NCBI RefSeq assembly: GCF_048403405.1 | Contig: NZ_CP183129.1 | Length of the DNA: 64,000 nt | From: Escherichia coli | GTDB taxonomy: Bacteria; Pseudomonadota; Gammaproteobacteria; Enterobacterales; Enterobacteriaceae | Reading direction: 5' to 3' (one strand) | In this document: piece after piece, positions 27,493 to 35,933 of the stretch | Layout: each line of letters starts with the position of its first letter | How positions within the stretch are numbered: the first letter of the stretch is position 1 | Translations under genes and position numbers: made by a program | The notes under the pieces: generated by a model | What the model was told of the DNA's origin: nothing | The model's input: the letters and a program-made list of their open reading frames with translations, nothing else | Databases searched by the model: none

Positions 27493-27532
27493 TGAGTTGC
27501 GGTGCCGGAAAATATCCAGCACCGCGCCTTCA

Positions 27533-28927
27533 TCAGAAGAAGTATTTAAAGCGAACGCGTGCCCCGTAACGGTCATCAGTATCATCACCGTGTTTTTTAT
27601 CACCGTCGCTATCCAGAATGGAGTAATACGTCCCGAGGTAAATATTAAAGTTCTCCATATCCATCACATTAGCGAACTGATAAGACGCATGAATGGTATG
27701 AATGGTGTACGTCCCTTCATCATCAATCCAGCAGTCGTTATCACAAACTACACCGCTGAATTCATCAATCTTATTGTGCGCGTAGATATAACCGAGCTCG
27801 AAACGTTTCCACAGCGCGTTAATCCCGGCAGTGAAATCTTTCTCATTATTAGCATCTAAATAGGCGGTATTAAGATTAACCACGACGCCATTTTCCGGAT
27901 CCGTTTTCAGGCCATTCCAGGTCATGCTCATACCATAGCCGGTACGATCGGACTGATCGACAAAATTACCCTTGCTATCGGTATAACCATAAGCATTATT
28001 TACCACGTTCGCTTCCATCGCTGCGGAAACGGTGAATTCTTCTGTCGGCGACCAGGCAATTACCGGACGCAGATAAGCAACATTTTTCTGCTGCTCCATA
28101 TCGCGTCCATGATAATTACCGTCATTATATAAAGATGTTCCGTCTTCAAGTAACGTGTTTAATTCAAAATACCAGTTATCGAGTTGTTTGCTGACGAGGA
28201 AATTACCGCCAGCGTTAGAGCGCCCGCGGCCCTCTTTCATCATATAGATATAACCGCTGCCATCGTCATAAAGATCGTTCGCAGTATTACCGGAATGTTC
28301 AACAAAGGTATCCTGATTCAGCGGGAACATATCATAGGCTTCGAAACGACCGACTTTGACCTTCCAGTCATTCTCTTTCCCAAAGAAGAATACCGCGTCA
28401 TCAATATTCACTGAACCGTGCATATCCCCCAGCGGTTGTGCGGAGAACCCGGCGAAATAACCATTATCCAGTTTTCGCATACCATCAAAACCTAACAGAA
28501 TACGACCATTGAGATTCCACTGTTCATTAGTGGGATCGCTATTCACATCAGCGTTGGTCATTGCCAGCAGGCCATGATTACTTTCTGCATCCATATTAAA
28601 TTCTACGTCGCCGTAGATTTTTAAATCGCCATAACCTGAGAGCAAAAGATTAGGTGAGGTGGAATTTTTCTTTGCAGATTCCGCCGTTGCCTGTCCATTT
28701 ACCGGCGTATTGCCCTGGGCAGCCTTAATTTCGCGGATCTCAGCGGCTTGTTGTGTCTGCAGCTGTTTAACCTGGCTCTCTGCTTTTGCTGCCCGCATTT
28801 CTGCCGCTTCCAGGCGTTCTTCCAGCAATGCCATGCGTTGTTCCAGCGTTAAATGCTGTGTTTTTGCCATTCCGGTACTACATGCCAATAATAAACCGAT
28901 GGCTAAAGATAATGTCGATTTTTTCAT
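27533..28927 (-). CDS. carbohydrate-selective outer-membrane porin (OprB/ScrY-like) with an N-terminal periplasmic coiled-coil. An accessory gene absent from K-12 at this position.
   Basis: 464 aa. Signal peptide MKKSTLSLAIGLLLACSTGMA. A roughly 50-residue heptad coiled coil (LEQRMALLEERLEAAEMRAAKAESQVKQLQTQQAAEIREIKAAQ). An aromatic/Gly-rich beta-barrel body ending in the C-terminal ...RFKYFF. Convergent with rhaM and divergent from frvA. Confidence 0.75.
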   Translation of the reverse strand: MKKSTLSLAIGLLLACSTGMAKTQHLTLEQRMALLEERLEAAEMRAAKAESQVKQLQTQQAAEIREIKAAQGNTPVNGQATAESAKKNSTSPNLLLSGYGDLKIYGDVEFNMDAESNHGLLAMTNADVNSDPTNEQWNLNGRILLGFDGMRKLDNGYFAGFSAQPLGDMHGSVNIDDAVFFFGKENDWKVKVGRFEAYDMFPLNQDTFVEHSGNTANDLYDDGSGYIYMMKEGRGRSNAGGNFLVSKQLDNWYFELNTLLEDGTSLYNDGNYHGRDMEQQKNVAYLRPVIAWSPTEEFTVSAAMEANVVNNAYGYTDSKGNFVDQSDRTGYGMSMTWNGLKTDPENGVVVNLNTAYLDANNEKDFTAGINALWKRFELGYIYAHNKIDEFSGVVCDNDCWIDDEGTYTIHTIHASYQFANVMDMENFNIYLGTYYSILDSDGDKKHGDDTDDRYGARVRFKYFF

Positions 28928-29403
28928 TATTTACGTTCCCTGAAATAAAAGAGACCCTACGCTTTCCAAAAGGAATACGTATATAGAGAAATATAAGGTG
29001 TGCACTTTCGAATTTTTAATCCAACTTCAGCAGGCCGATGGATAGTATCCCGCTGCATAATATGAGTAAATCCGCTGATTTCCTGGAACGTGAGGAATAT
29101 AACAATAGTGCCGTTTTTAACCAAATATCGTAAAAAATATTAGATATAATTCACGCTGACTCATAAGCCACAAATATAAATAACCTTGCTGCAAAACATG
29201 TGCGGCAGTTAAACATTCACAACATCATTAAATAATGATTTTTTATTCACTGCATTTATTTTTCCCATCAATATGTGCCTTACACCGCAAAATTTATCCT
29301 TCACTCTGCCTTATATTGTCACGACTTCACGACATATCCGCGCTCATCACAAAACCGCCCCGCCGTTACAATTAACTATAATATTTTTTCATGGAGTCCA
29401 ATA

Positions 29404-29850
29404 ATGGCAGCACTTACTGCAAGCTGTATTGACCTGAATATTCAGGGCAATGGCGCTTATTCCGTTCTGAAGCAGTTGGCGACAATGGCGTTACAAAACG
29501 GTTTTATCACCGACTCACACCAGTTCCTGCAAACCCTGCTGCTGCGCGAAAAAATGCACTCCACCGGTTTTGGTTCCGGCATCGCCGTGCCGCACGGTAA
29601 AAGCGCCTGCGTTAAACAACCGTTCGTGTTATTCGCCCGCAAAGCGCAGGCCATTGACTGGAAAGCCAGCGACGGCGAAGACGTCAATTGCTGGATCTGC
29701 CTCGGCGTGCCGCAAAGTGGCGAAGAGGATCAGGTCAAAATCATCGGCACACTGTGTCGCAAAATTATCCACCAGGATTTTATCAACCAACTGCGACAGG
29801 GCGACGCCGACCAGGTGCTTGCTTTGTTAAATCAAACCCTCAGCTCATAA
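29404..29850 (+). CDS. frvA: PTS fructose-like IIA component FrvA
   Basis: The ORF contains MAALTASCIDLNIQGNGAYSVLKQLATMALQNGFITD...HSTGFGSGIAVPHGKS; 148 aa from ATG 29404. Confidence 0.9.
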   Translation: MAALTASCIDLNIQGNGAYSVLKQLATMALQNGFITDSHQFLQTLLLREKMHSTGFGSGIAVPHGKSACVKQPFVLFARKAQAIDWKASDGEDVNCWICLGVPQSGEEDQVKIIGTLCRKIIHQDFINQLRQGDADQVLALLNQTLSS

Positions 29851-29860
29851 GGAAGTGGCG

Positions 29861-31312
29861 ATGGAGTCATCCTTACGTATTGTCGCGATCACCAACTGCC
29901 CCGCCGGGATCGCTCACACCTACATGGTGGCGGAAGCCCTGGAACAGAAAGCCCGTTCTCTCGGTCATACCATTAAAGTTGAAACTCAAGGATCAAGCGG
30001 CGTCGAAAACCGCTTATCCAGCGAAGAGATTGCCGCTGCCGATTACGTGATTTTCGCCACCGGGCGTGGCCTGAGCGGTGACGATCGCGCGCGATTTGCC
30101 GGGAAAATGGTTTATGAGATTGCCATCTCCCAGGCGCTGAAAAATATCGACCAGATTTTCAGTGAATTACCGACAAACTCACAACTTTTTGCCGCAGATA
30201 GCGGCGTGAAGCTCGGCAAACAGGAAGTGCAAAGTGGCAGCGTAATGAGCCATCTGATGGCGGGTGTCTCTGCGGCGCTGCCGTTTGTCATCGGTGGCGG
30301 TATCCTGGTGGCGCTTGCCAACATGCTGGTGCAGTTCGGTTTGCCGTATACCGATATGTCGAAAGGCGCGCCGTCGTTTACCTGGGTGGTTGAATCCATC
30401 GGTTATCTCGGCTTCACCTTTATGATCCCCATCATGGGCGCTTATATTGCCTCGTCGATTGCCGATAAACCCGCTTTCGCTCCGGCGTTTCTGGTTTGCT
30501 ATCTGGCGAATGACAAAGCCCTGCTCGGCACCCAGTCTGGCGCGGGCTTCCTCGGCGCGGTGGTGCTGGGGCTGGCGATTGGCTATTTCGTCTTCTGGTT
30601 CCGTAAAGTGCGCCTTGGCAAAGCATTACAACCGCTGCTCGGTTCCATGCTGATCCCGTTCGTCACTCTGCTGGTTTTCGGCGTACTGACTTACTACGTT
30701 ATCGGACCGGTGATGTCCGACCTCATGGGCGGGTTGCTGCACTTCCTGAACACCATTCCTCCGTCAATGAAGTTTGCGGCAGCGTTTTTGGTCGGTGCGA
30801 TGCTGGCGTTCGATATGGGCGGCCCTATCAATAAAACCGCCTGGTTCTTCTGCTTCTCACTGCTGGAAAAACACATTTACGACTGGTACGCCATCGTCGG
30901 CGTTGTCGCGCTGATGCCGCCTGTCGCGGCGGGTCTTGCGACGTTCATTGCGCCCAAACTGTTTACCCGACAGGAAAAAGAGGCTGCCAGTAGTGCCATT
31001 GTGGTCGGTGCCACAGTCGCAACCGAACCGGCTATTCCTTACGCTCTGGCAGCTCCGTTGCCGATGATTACCGCCAATACGCTGGCGGGCGGTATTACCG
31101 GCGTGCTGGTGATCGCTTTCGGAATCAAACGTCTGGCGCCAGGTTTGGGTATCTTTGACCCGCTGATCGGCCTGATGTCGCCGGTGGGTTCGTTTTATCT
31201 GGTGCTGGCGATTGGCCTCGCGCTGAACATTTCATTCATTATCGTCCTGAAAGGATTATGGTTACGCCGCAAAGCGAAAGCCGCGCAACAGGAGCTTGTC
31301 CATGAACATTGA
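29861..31312 (+). CDS. frvB: PTS fructose-like IIBC component FrvB
   Basis: An N-terminal IIB domain (CPAGIAHTYM) is followed by a polytopic IIC domain. 483 aa from MESSLRIVAIT. Confidence 0.9.
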   Translation: MESSLRIVAITNCPAGIAHTYMVAEALEQKARSLGHTIKVETQGSSGVENRLSSEEIAAADYVIFATGRGLSGDDRARFAGKMVYEIAISQALKNIDQIFSELPTNSQLFAADSGVKLGKQEVQSGSVMSHLMAGVSAALPFVIGGGILVALANMLVQFGLPYTDMSKGAPSFTWVVESIGYLGFTFMIPIMGAYIASSIADKPAFAPAFLVCYLANDKALLGTQSGAGFLGAVVLGLAIGYFVFWFRKVRLGKALQPLLGSMLIPFVTLLVFGVLTYYVIGPVMSDLMGGLLHFLNTIPPSMKFAAAFLVGAMLAFDMGGPINKTAWFFCFSLLEKHIYDWYAIVGVVALMPPVAAGLATFIAPKLFTRQEKEAASSAIVVGATVATEPAIPYALAAPLPMITANTLAGGITGVLVIAFGIKRLAPGLGIFDPLIGLMSPVGSFYLVLAIGLALNISFIIVLKGLWLRRKAKAAQQELVHEH

Positions 31313-32372
31313 GTTACTGCAACAGTTGTGCGAAGCCAGCGCCGTCAGCGGCGATGAACAGGAAGTTCGCGACATCCTGATAAACACGCTGGAACCTTGC
31401 GTTAATGAAATCACCTTTGATGGTCTGGGTAGCTTTGTTGCCCGTAAGGGGAATAAAGGTCCAAAAGTTGCCGTTGTCGGGCATATGGATGAAGTCGGCT
31501 TTATGGTCACCCACATCGACGAGAGCGGTTTTTTGCGTTTCACCACCATTGGTGGCTGGTGGAATCAGTCGATGCTCAACCACCGGGTAACCATACGCAC
31601 ACACAAGGGAGTGAAAATCCCTGGTGTGATTGGTTCCGTCGCGCCTCATGCGTTAACCGAAAAGCAAAAGCAACAGCCGCTTTCATTTGATGAGATGTTC
31701 ATTGATATTGGCGCGTACAGTCGCGAAGAGGTGGAAAAACGCGGCGTGGAAATTGGCAATTTTATTAGCCCGGAAGCCAATTTTGCCTGCTGGGGCGAAG
31801 ATAAAGTGGTCGGCAAGGCTCTGGATAATCGCATCGGCTGCGCGATGATGGCTGAGCTACTACAGACAGTAAATAACCCCGAAATTACGCTGTACGGCGT
31901 CGGCAGCGTGGAAGAAGAAGTTGGGCTACGCGGGGCACAAACCTCGGCTGAACACACTAAACCGGATGTGGTGATCGTGCTGGATACCGCTGTCGCAGGT
32001 GATGTTCCGGGCATTGATAACATAAAATACCCTCTGAAACTGGGCAACGGGCCGGGGCTGATGCTGTTTGACAAGCGCTACTTCCCCAACCAGAAACTGG
32101 TAGCAGCGTTAAAAAGCTGTGCCACGCAGAATGATTTACCGCTGCAATTTTCCACTATGAAAACCGGTGCGACGGATGGCGGGCGCTACAACGTGATGGG
32201 CGGCGGGCGTCCGGTTGTCGCGCTGTGCTTGCCAACTCGTTATCTGCACGCCAACAGCGGCATGATTTCAACAACCGATTACGATGCTCTGCTCACGTTG
32301 ATACGGGATTTTCTGACCACCTTAACCGCAGAGAAAGTCAACGCGTTTAGCCAGTTCCGTCAGGTGGATTAA
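31302..32372 (+). CDS. frvX: M42-family aminopeptidase/cellulase-like FrvX
   Basis: MNIELLQQLCEASAVSGDEQEVRDIL..., 356 aa, M42 peptidase family. Overlaps the frvB stop. Confidence 0.9.
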   Translation: MNIELLQQLCEASAVSGDEQEVRDILINTLEPCVNEITFDGLGSFVARKGNKGPKVAVVGHMDEVGFMVTHIDESGFLRFTTIGGWWNQSMLNHRVTIRTHKGVKIPGVIGSVAPHALTEKQKQQPLSFDEMFIDIGAYSREEVEKRGVEIGNFISPEANFACWGEDKVVGKALDNRIGCAMMAELLQTVNNPEITLYGVGSVEEEVGLRGAQTSAEHTKPDVVIVLDTAVAGDVPGIDNIKYPLKLGNGPGLMLFDKRYFPNQKLVAALKSCATQNDLPLQFSTMKTGATDGGRYNVMGGGRPVVALCLPTRYLHANSGMISTTDYDALLTLIRDFLTTLTAEKVNAFSQFRQVD

Positions 32373-34120
32373 TGCTAAACGAACGCCAGTTAAAGATTGT
32401 CGATCTGCTGGAGCAACAGCCGCGCACGCCTGGCGAGCTGGCGCATCAGACTGGCGTTTCTGGCAGGACCATCCTGCGTGATATTGACTATCTCAACTTC
32501 ACCCTTAACGGCAAAGCCCGCATTTTCGCCAGTGGCAGTGCGGGCTATCAGCTGGAAATCTTCGAGCGCCGCAGCTTTTTTCAGTTGCTGCAAAAGCACG
32601 ATAACGACGATCGGCTGCTGGCGCTGTTATTACTGAATACCTTTACTCCCCGTGCGCAACTCGCCTCGGCGCTTAATTTGCCAGAAACGTGGGTAGCAGA
32701 GCGCCTGCCCCGCCTGAAACAGCGTTATGAACGTACTTGCTGCCTGGCCAGTCGCCCCGGTTTGGGCCATTTCATTGATGAGACAGAAGAGAAACGCGTT
32801 ATATTGCTGGCGAACTTGCTGCGCAAAGATCCGTTTTTAATTCCGCTGGCGGGCGTAACACGAGACAACCTTCAGCATTTATCCACGGCCTGCGACAACC
32901 AACACCGCTGGCCGCTCATGCAGGGTGATTATCTCTCCAGCCTGATTCTGGCGATTTACGCCCTGCGTAATCAACTGACCGATGAGTGGCCGCAATATCC
33001 CGGTGACGAGATAAAACAAATCGTTGAATATAGCGGCCTGTTTCTTGGTGATAACGCTGTAAGAACGTTGACGGGGTTGATAGAAAAACAGCATCAACAG
33101 GCGCAGGTTATTTGTGTCGATAATGTGCTGGCATTGCTGCAAAGGGTGCCGGGCATTGCGTCATTGAATATTATTGATACGCAACTGGTTGAGAATATTA
33201 CCGGGCATTTATTACGTTGCCTTGCCGCGCCGGTGTGGATTGGTGAGCACCGCCAAAGCAGCATGAATAACCTGAAAGCCGCCTGGCCTGCGGCCTTTGA
33301 TATGAGTCTGCACTTTATTACGCTACTGCGTGAACAACTCGATATTCCCCTTTTCGACAGCGATCTGATCGGTTTGTATTTTGCCTGTGCGCTGGAACGG
33401 CATCAAAACGAACGCCAGCCGATCATTTTGCTCTCGGACCAGAACGCGATTGCCACTATTAATCAGCTCGCTATTGAGCGCGACGTCCTGAATTGTCGGG
33501 TGATTATTGCCCGCAGCGTAAGCGAACTGGTTGCCATTCGCGAAGAGATTGAGCCGTTATTGATCATTAATAACAGCCATCATTTACTGGATGATGCAGT
33601 CAATAATTGCATCATCGTAAAAAATATCATTACGGCTGCCGGTATCGAACAAATAAAACATTTTCTGGCGACGGCATTTATTCGCCAGCAACCGGAGCGT
33701 TTTTTCTCTGCCCCCGGAAGTTTTCATTATTCGAATGTACGCGGTGAAAGCTGGCAACATATTACCCGGCAAATTTGTGCGCAATTAGTGGCACAACACC
33801 ATATTACCGCCGATGAAGCGCAACGGATCATCGCCCGCGAAGGCGAAGGTGAAAACCTGATTGTTAATCGCCTCGCCATCCCACATTGCTGGAGCGAACA
33901 GGAGCGACGTTTTCGTGGATTTTTTATTACCCTCGCCCAACCAGTTGAGGTGAATAACGAAGTCATTAACCATGTCTTGATCGCCTGTGCCGCCGCCGAT
34001 GCGCGTCATGAGCTAAAAATATTTAGCTATCTGGCAAGCGTATTGTGTCAGCATCCGGCAGAGGTTATTGCCGGGTTAACAGGATATGAGGCATTTATGG
34101 AGTTACTTCACAAGGGGTGA
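32372..34120 (+). CDS. frvR: frv operon regulator FrvR (HTH, PRD-like and EIIA-like domains)
   Basis: 582-aa ORF MLNERQLKIVDLLEQQPRTPGELAHQTGVSGRTILRDIDYLN... Confidence 0.9.
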   Translation: MLNERQLKIVDLLEQQPRTPGELAHQTGVSGRTILRDIDYLNFTLNGKARIFASGSAGYQLEIFERRSFFQLLQKHDNDDRLLALLLLNTFTPRAQLASALNLPETWVAERLPRLKQRYERTCCLASRPGLGHFIDETEEKRVILLANLLRKDPFLIPLAGVTRDNLQHLSTACDNQHRWPLMQGDYLSSLILAIYALRNQLTDEWPQYPGDEIKQIVEYSGLFLGDNAVRTLTGLIEKQHQQAQVICVDNVLALLQRVPGIASLNIIDTQLVENITGHLLRCLAAPVWIGEHRQSSMNNLKAAWPAAFDMSLHFITLLREQLDIPLFDSDLIGLYFACALERHQNERQPIILLSDQNAIATINQLAIERDVLNCRVIIARSVSELVAIREEIEPLLIINNSHHLLDDAVNNCIIVKNIITAAGIEQIKHFLATAFIRQQPERFFSAPGSFHYSNVRGESWQHITRQICAQLVAQHHITADEAQRIIAREGEGENLIVNRLAIPHCWSEQERRFRGFFITLAQPVEVNNEVINHVLIACAAADARHELKIFSYLASVLCQHPAEVIAGLTGYEAFMELLHKG

Positions 34121-34123
34121 ACT

Positions 34124-34148
34124 GTGTCGGATGCGCCGCATCCGACAC
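34124..34148. terminator. hairpin gtgtcggatgcg-c-cgcatccgacac between convergent frvR and yiiG
   Basis: Perfect 12-bp stem, REP-like, directly after the frvR stop. Confidence 0.6.
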
Positions 34149-34194
34149 TGCATTTATCACCAAAATCAAAAATGTTTAACGCAGGCTGTTATAG

Positions 34195-34827
34195 TCATCG
34201 ACCATTTCGTTGTACTCGCATAATGCTCTCGGGAAATGAGTCGTCGACCATCCAGCTTGTGTTTGCATCCTGAAGTTGCTCTTTATCCCAGTCAGAGTAC
34301 GGAACTTTATCTCTGACGCGGCGAACATATTTTTTAGCCTCGAGTTGATACTGGTCTGCCGAATTAATGAACGAGAAATTCATACCGCCTTTATCCGCTT
34401 CTTTGGCCTGCGTCACCAGCGTTTTCAGTTCAGAGACTTTCTTCATTGCCGCATCAACATCAAACTTCTCTTGCGAAATCAGGTTATTAATTTGTTTCGC
34501 TGAAATCATGACTGCCAGAGAGTAGTAGTGGAATGTTTTCCCTTCTCTTTGTTCAATATTTTTCAGTTCCGCAAGCTGGCGCTTATCGTTAATTTCCTGA
34601 ATCGCCGCATGATAAGATTCTGCTACAGGTTCAAAGGCTTCAAGATTTTTTAAGAATGTCTGGTGCAGCGTTTTCCCTTTCGCAAACGCATCGTCTTTAT
34701 AATTTTCCTGGGTGTAATATTTATCCATTTCGTTAATGGTATTACCCAACGCCACGGCAGCATAAATATAACTTACCGCCACGCCATCAATAGGTTGCAG
34801 CGCAGGCGTTAACGCCACTACACGCAT
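34195..34827 (-). CDS. yiiG: DUF3829-family protein YiiG. Only about 210 codons are available here and there is no signal peptide or lipobox, so this is probably a 5'-truncated remnant.
   Basis: ORF MRVVALTPALQPIDGVAVSYIYAAVALGNTINEMDKYYTQ... through ...RVQRNGR. The first in-frame ATGs lie inside the T-run of the fdhD terminator, 50 bp after the fdhD stop. Confidence 0.6.
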   Translation of the reverse strand: MRVVALTPALQPIDGVAVSYIYAAVALGNTINEMDKYYTQENYKDDAFAKGKTLHQTFLKNLEAFEPVAESYHAAIQEINDKRQLAELKNIEQREGKTFHYYSLAVMISAKQINNLISQEKFDVDAAMKKVSELKTLVTQAKEADKGGMNFSFINSADQYQLEAKKYVRRVRDKVPYSDWDKEQLQDANTSWMVDDSFPESIMRVQRNGR

Positions 34828-34861
34828 TTTGTTTATAAATAAAATAATAAAATTCACGAAA

Positions 34862-34906
34862 TGAATAAGTCCTGCAATTTAATATATATCGCAGGACTTA
34901 TTTTAA
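34862..34906 (-). terminator. fdhD terminator hairpin (aataagtcctgc...gcaggacttatt) plus AT-rich tail
   Basis: Perfect 12-bp inverted repeat immediately downstream of the fdhD stop. Read on the - strand it is followed by a T-rich stretch. Confidence 0.6.
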
Positions 34907-35740
34907 TTAATTGCTCAAACGCTGCGGATGGGTATAAACCGTTGCCCGACCCGGTTTACAAAAGCCCACCAGCGTCAAATTACAGCGTTCAGCCACTTCT
35001 ACAGCAAGCGTGGTCGCGGCAGACACCGCAAACAAAATCTCTACGCCGCACATCGCCGACTTTTGCACCATTTCATAACTGGCACGACTGGAAACCAGCA
35101 CCGCACCTTGCTGCCAGCTTTCCCCTTCTTGCGCCCGGCGGCCCAGCAGTTTATCCAGCGCCACATGGCGACCCACGTCTTCATGCCCGCCGACCAGTTC
35201 GCCAGATGGCAACATCCAGGCGGCGGCGTGAGTACAACCGGTCAGTTGCCCCACTGGCTGAAAATCATTGAGATGACGTAATGCATCATCCAGTTTGTTG
35301 AGATCAAACGTCTGGGTGAACGGTAGCGGCTGCACCGGTTTTCCGATGTCATTAAGTTGCTCCACGCCGCATACGCCACAGCCCGTACGTCCCGCCAGCG
35401 CCCGGCGGCGCTCCTTCAACCCCATAAAGCGGCGGCTGGAAAGCTCAATTTGTACTTCAAGACCATTACAGGAAGGAACGACATCCATGCCGAAGATATC
35501 GCGCGGACTTTCGATAATCCCCTCGGAAAGCGAAAAACCGAGCGCAAAGTACTCAAGGTCTTTGGGCGACGCCATCATCACCACATGCGAAATGCCGTTG
35601 TAGACCAGCGCAACGGGAACTTCTTCCGCGACCTCATCTAACCGTGGGTGTTGTAAATCATCACGCCGCCATAACTCAATTTGACGAACACCTGTGACAT
35701 TTGTCACATTTTCGATTTCTTTTTGCTGTGTTTTTTTCAC
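34907..35740 (-). CDS. fdhD: formate dehydrogenase sulfurtransferase/accessory protein FdhD
   Basis: 277-aa [40 protein letters not shown]... Confidence 0.95.
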   Translation of the reverse strand: MKKTQQKEIENVTNVTGVRQIELWRRDDLQHPRLDEVAEEVPVALVYNGISHVVMMASPKDLEYFALGFSLSEGIIESPRDIFGMDVVPSCNGLEVQIELSSRRFMGLKERRRALAGRTGCGVCGVEQLNDIGKPVQPLPFTQTFDLNKLDDALRHLNDFQPVGQLTGCTHAAAWMLPSGELVGGHEDVGRHVALDKLLGRRAQEGESWQQGAVLVSSRASYEMVQKSAMCGVEILFAVSAATTLAVEVAERCNLTLVGFCKPGRATVYTHPQRLSN

Positions 35741-35933
35741 TTTCTCTTAACCAGATAAGAACACACACACCAACATTATGGTATTCTGTTACAAACCCTT
35801 CCTGGATGGAGGGAAATTGAGCCAATTCTGGACCTTTGCGGCCCCTTCCGCAAAGAAAAATAACTCCCACTCCCTGCACACGCAGCAAGCGAATGTAAAT
35901 GGGACGTGACAATGTCGAAACAAGGAGCAATCC

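Noticed and set aside
34861-35271. 136-aa + strand ORF starting in the fdhD–yiiG spacer
   Set aside because: It runs antisense through the 3' half of fdhD and starts inside the fdhD terminator hairpin.
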